Assembly (NCBI GenBank): GCA_964036045.1
Contig: OZ038378.1
Location: 197,532,001 to 197,596,000 of the forward strand
Origin: Eutreptiella sp. 'Long Island Sound 2002'
Taxonomy: Eukaryota; Protista; Euglenida
Direction of reading: 5' to 3'
DNA: 64,000 nucleotides
Part shown: piece after piece, positions 58,401 through 64,000 of the stretch
Numbering within the stretch: position 1 is the stretch's first letter
How the letters are laid out: every line of letters starts with the position of its first letter
Made by a program: the position numbers and the translations under genes
The notes under the pieces: model-generated
What the model saw: the letters and a program-made list of their open reading frames with translations, nothing else
What the model was told of the DNA's origin: nothing
Database searches by the model: none

Positions 58401-61400
58401 TGGGGGGTAAGTGAGACGTGGGAGGGGCGGGGTGTACTGTGGCAGCAGAGGATGAGTGTAGAATGTCGATACCCGTGCTCATAGGTCCATCATTGCAGCC
58501 ACCCCATTGCTGGCGCTTACACGTTCGGAGGGTGCTCTCCAATACATCTGATGTGCACACTAGGTGGGACGTGAAAGCATGCGGTAACACTCATAGTAGC
58601 TACGCGGAAAACTTTGGATTGAGTGAACCCGCTATATGCAGTCACCATTTAATCTACCTAGACACACCGGCGGACTTGAAATTGTTGCCAAGCGGATGAA
58701 GTTGCCATGGGGAGATGAAGTGTGCGGCAACACTCATAGTAGCTGCCCCGAAAACTCCAGGCTAAATGAACCCGCTATATAGGAGGGCTATGTAGGCTAC
58801 CTAGAGGCACCGGTGGACTTGAAATTGTTGCCCAGCATAGGAACCCATCATGGGATAAGAAGTGTTGAGAGTGTCAGGTAATACTCATAGTAGCTGCCCC
58901 CCCTCAAAAAAATTTCGGGCCGAATGGACCCAACATATCCAAGCACTATGCAACCTACCTATGTACACAAACTAGCGGACTTGAAATTGTTGCCAAGCAT
59001 AGGAACCCACCATGGGATAAGCAGTGTTTGGAGTGTGAGGTAACACTCATAGTGCCAGCCCCAAAAATTTGGGACTGAATGGTGCCGCTATATTCGAGCA
59101 TTATGCAATCTACCTGTGTGCATTCATTGGCGGCCAAGCATAGGAACCCACCATGGGGAAGGAAGTGTTGAGAGGGTGAGGTAACACTCATAGTAGCTGC
59201 CCCGAGAACTCTAGGCTGAATGAACCCGCTATATAGGAGGACTATGTAGACTACCTAGACGCACCGGCGGACTTGAAATTGTTGCCCAGCATAGGAACCC
59301 ACCATGGGATAAGAAGTGTTGAGAGGGTGAGCTAATACTCATGTAGCCCCCCCCCCAAAAATTTTGGGCTGAACGGAGCCGCCATATCCATGCGTTATGC
59401 AATCTTCCTATGTACACACCTTGGCTCACTTGAAATTGTTACTAGAGAGGGTAAGGTAACACTCACAACAGCTTCCCGAAAAATATTTGGGCCGAATGGA
59501 CCCATCATATCCAGGCACTTTGCAAACTACGTGGACGCACTGGAAGACTTGAAATTGGTACCCAGCATAGGAACCAACCATGGGAAACGAAGTGTTGCCA
59601 AGCATAAGAACCCGCCATGGGATAAGAAGTGTTGAGAAGGTGAGGTAACACTCATAGTGCTGCCCCCCCCCCCCCAAGAAAATTGTGGGCTGAATGGACC
59701 GCATCCGAGCACTATGCAATCTACCTATGAAACTTCATTGGCGGACATATCCAGGCACTATGCAAACTACCTAGACGCACTAGCGGACTTGAAATTGTTC
59801 CCAGACATAGGAGCCCACCATGGGACAAGAAGTGTTGTGAGGGTGAGGTAACATTCATAGTGGTGGCCCAAAAAGAATTGAGGCGAGTGGACCCACCCAG
59901 ACACACTAGCGGACTTGAAATTGTGGCCAAGCGTATGAACGCACCATGGGAAATGATGTTTTCAAAGGTTGAGGTAACACTCATAGTAGCTGCCCCCCCC
60001 CCCGCCCAGAAAATTGTGGGCTGAATGGACCGCATCCGAGCACTATGCAATCTACCTATGAAACTTCATTGGCGGACATATCCAGGCACTATGCAAACTA
60101 CCTAGCGGACTTGAAATTGTTCCCAGACATAGGAGCCCACCATGGGACAAGAAGTGTTGTGAGGGTGAGGTAACATTCATAGTGGTAGCCCAAAAAGAAT
60201 TGAGGCGAGTGGACCCACCTAGACACACTAGCGGACTTGGAATTGTGGCCAAGCGTACGAACGCACCATGGGAAATGATGTTTTCAAAGGTTGAGGTAAC
60301 ACTCATAGTAGCTGCCCTCAAAAATTGGGGTTGAATGGACCCGCCATATCAAACTGCCAGTTAATCTAGACACAGCGGCACAGTTGAAATTAATGCTAGG
60401 CCCGGTAGCCTCATGGAGGTTGAAGCATTGAGAGCGTGCTGTAACACTTAAAATAACACTCATAGTAGCGACCCCAAAGATTTTGGGGCGTGCACACCAA
60501 ACCTCAAATTGACTGGGCTCTGTGCCTCCGTTCATTGGTCTCAAAGTGAAACGGACACTGCAACGCACACCACACCGGTCCCCCTCTCCTCCCCAACAAG
60601 CAAGCACCCCATGCATATCAGCACTGCTGATGGGTCAACATCCTGCGCTGGGCCACATGTTCGTTGCCATGTCAGAACTCCTTTCTGATGTGTCTGGGCC
60701 ATGTTAGGTCAATGCATTGCATGGGGTTATTCGGGTGTGCACTTGCATGCCCCGTTGTTCAGCTTTCAAGTTAAATAATGAATTTGAAGTGCAATTCAGA
60801 AGTCAAGCTCAATTGAAGTTCAGAATTCAATGAGCATTAGTTGATTTTTTGCAGGTTGTGCCTGTTTTGTGCTTGTTCTTGTATCATAACGTTCTTTGTA
60901 CTTTGACGTGTGGTTGCAACAGTGAACTCTGAATGGGTTTGTTCCATTTCGCTGCAATGCCTTGTTACATTTTAATTGATGTGTCGTTTTGAAAGTTGCT
61001 TTTGGTTCTGCCTTTTTTTGTGTTACAGGTTTCGAAGTTGATTTGTGCAAACAAAGGGCGAATATGCAGGTTGCTGCATGTCAGATGTTTGTCTTATAAT
61101 TCATCAATGCGCGCTTTTACAGATTTTGCAAATGTTCATTCTTTTGTGTTGCGCTTCCTCCACTGTGCAGTGTCCGTTTCACTTTGAGACCAATGAACGA
61201 AGGCACAGAGCCCTGTATCGGGGCCCTGTACGTGGGCACTGGGCACGTCCCTGGGAATCTGAAACATGGTTGCTTGTGCCCTTTCCCCTTCTCTTCTGCC
61301 TAATTGACGGCTGGGGCAATCAACAACAATGCGTCTAGGGAGATTGAATGGTGGCTAGATATGGCAGGCCCATTGAGCCCACAAATTTTTGGTGCAGCTA

Positions 61401-64000
61401 CTATGAGTGTGACCTCATCCTCTCAATACTTCATATCCCAGCATAGGAACCCACCATGAGACAAGAAGTGTTGAGATGGTAAGGTAACAGTCATAGTGGC
61501 CGCCCCAAAAATTTTGGGGCTCGTAGACCCGCCATATCCAAGCACTATGGAATCTACCTGGATGCACTGGCAGACTTGAAATTGTTGCCAAGCATAGGAA
61601 CCCACCATGGGATAAGAAGTGTTTTGAGTGTGAGGTAACACCCATAGTGGCAGCCCTAAAAATTTGGGGCTGAATGGACCCACCATATCCAAGCACCATG
61701 CAATCTCCCTAGACGCACTAGTGGATTTGTTGATTGTTGCTCAGCGGAGGAACCTACCATGGGATAAGAAGTTTTCAGACCTTAGAGCTTGCGGCAACAC
61801 CCATAGTAGGTGCCCCAAGAATTTCTGGGCTGAATGAACCCGCTATATCAAGGCACTATGCAATGCACCTGGACGCGCTGGCGGACTTGAAATTGTTGCC
61901 AAGCATAGGAACCCGCCATGGGGTAAGAAGTGTTGAGATGGTGAGGTAACTATCATAATAGGCGCCCCAAAGATTTTTGGGTGAAAGGACCCGCCATATC
62001 CAGGCACCAATGCAGTGTACCTAGACATACTGGCGGTCTTGAAATTGTTGCCAAGCCAAGAAACCTGCCATGGGCAACGATTTCAAGTCCGCTAGTGCAT
62101 CTAGGTAGATAGCAGAGTGCCTGGATATGGCAGGTTCATCGCCCCAAAATTTTTGGGGTCGCTACTATGAGTGTTATTGTAAGTGTTACAGCACGCTCTC
62201 AATGCTTCAACCTCCATGAGGCTACCGGGCCTAGCATTAATTTCAAGTGTGCCGCTGTGTCTAGATTAACTGGCAGTTTGATATGGCGGGTCCATTCAAC
62301 CCCAATTTTTGAGGGCAGCTACTATGAGTGTTACCTCAACCTTTGAAAACATCATTTCCCATGGTGCGTTCGTACGCTTGGCCACAATTTCAAGTCCGCT
62401 AGTGTGTCTAGGTGGGTCCACTCGCCTCAATTCTTTTTGGGCTACCACTATGAATGGTACCTCACCCTCACAACACTTCTTGTCCCATGGTGGGCTCCTA
62501 TGTCTGGGAACAATCTCAAGTCCGCTAGGTAGTTTGCATAGTGCCTGGATATGGCAGGTCCATCGCCCCAAAATTTCTGGGGCGGCTAGTATGAGTGTTA
62601 CCTTACCTCACCGTCTCAACACTTCTTATCAGGGGGTCCATAAGGGACTATATGTTTCTTTTGTTAAGGACCGCCCTTGGGGACCACCCCAAGGGACCAT
62701 CAGCCGCCCACCACAAACCGCTGCCGTCCGCCACTCGCCACCAACCGTCAACCGCCAACGGCGATCAACCGCCAACCACCAAACACCACCAAACACCATC
62801 AACCACCAATCTCCAACCACCAACCGCCACCATCCGCTACCAATCGCCACGAACCGCCGGTCGCCCACTGCCAACACATGGTGTGCCTGCGCCCGCGGGT
62901 TTTTTTGGAAAAGCTGTGTAATGCAGCACTTTTTTCCCCCCCATTAAGGACCACTCTGCTTTTTATCCCATGGTGGGTTCCTATGCTTGGCAACGATTTC
63001 AAGTATGCCCATGCGTTTTGGTAGATTGCACAGTGCCTGGATATGGCGGGACCATTCAGCCCAGAAGTTCCGGAGCAGCTACTATGGGTAATGCCCCGCG
63101 TTGTCAACCACTCGTTTCCCATGCACTTGGCAACAATTTCAAGTCCGCCAATGAAGTTTCATAGGTAGATTGCATAGTGCTCGGATGCGGTCCATTCAGC
63201 CCACAATTTTCTGGGGGGGGGGGGGGGGGGGCAGCTACTATGAGTGTTACCTCACCTTCTCAACACTTCTTATCCCATGGCGGGTTCTTATGCTTGGCAA
63301 CAATTTCAAGTTCGCTAGTGTGTGTACATAGGTAGATTGCATAGTGCTTGGAAATGGCGGATCCAGAGGGTAAGGTAACACTCACAGCAGCTGCCCGAAA
63401 AATATTTGGGCCGAATGGACCCATCATATCCAGGCACTTTGCAAACTACGTGGGCGCACTGGCGGACTTGAAGTTGGTACCCAGCATAGGAACCAACCAT
63501 GGGAAACGAAGTGTTGAAGGGCTGAGGTAACACTCATAGTAGCCGCCCCACAAATTTGGGGTGAACCTCTCTGGTAACGATTTCAAGTGAGCCAAGGTGT
63601 GTACATAGGAAGATTGCATAGTGCATGGATATGGCGGCTCCGTTCAGCCCAAAACTTTTGGGGGGCAGCTACATGAGTATTAGCTCACCCTCTCAACACT
63701 TCTTATCCCATGGTGGGTTCCTATGCTGGGCAACAATTTCAAGTCCGCTGGTGCGTCTAGGTAGTCTACATAGTCCTCCTATATAGCGGGTTCATTCAGC
63801 TTGGAGTTTTCGGGGCAGCTACTATGAGTGTTACCGCACACTTCATCTCCCCATGGCAACTTCCCCCGCTTGGTAACAATTTCAAGTCCGCCGGTGTGTC
63901 TAGGTAGATTAAATGGTGACTGCATATAGCGGGTTCACTCAGTCTAGAGTTTTTGGGGCAGCTACTCTAAGTGTTAGTGCATGCTTTCAACTTCAACATC
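55412..64000 (+). repeat. Segmental duplication, copy 2 continued (equivalent to 17114-25376), including the satellite array from about 58580
   Basis: Sequence resumes exactly at GAAGTGTGAAAATAGC after the TSD, and ORF translations match copy 1. Confidence 0.95.

Overview
Eukaryotic, transposon-saturated nuclear DNA (GT-AG introns, no rRNA/tRNA genes, no recognisable housekeeping gene; the organism cannot be identified from this window). (1) 1956-15428 (+) holds two large spliced genes that look like the cargo of one giant Mutator-like (MULE) DNA transposon. The first is a Ulp1/C48 SUMO-protease-like gene with a possible second protease-like domain. The second is a single reading unit, broken by one +1 frameshift, that joins a SET methyltransferase domain, a full RecQ helicase, SWIM- and GCM/WRKY-like zinc fingers and a MULE DDE transposase. 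(2) A near-identical segmental duplication, 14091-25376 repeated at 36759-64000, starts in mid-transposase and runs off the window end. (3) The second copy carries a young 15.6 kb Ty3/Gypsy chromovirus-like LTR retrotransposon (39779-55406, minus strand). It has 532 bp LTRs, a TTGTG target-site duplication (TSD) confirmed by the empty site in copy 1, and a tRNA-iMet primer-binding site (PBS). Its Gag starts inside the LTR, gag and pol are separated by one in-frame UAG, and Pol carries an NPPF amino-methyltransferase domain between protease and RT. (4) A 4.86 kb non-autonomous terminal-inverted-repeat (TIR) element (ATT TSD) splits the integrase. (5) The rest is a ~150 bp satellite with an orientation flip, a graded composite repeat array, micro/minisatellites and a decayed GC-rich ORF. 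All domain calls come from reading motifs by eye; no database search was run.
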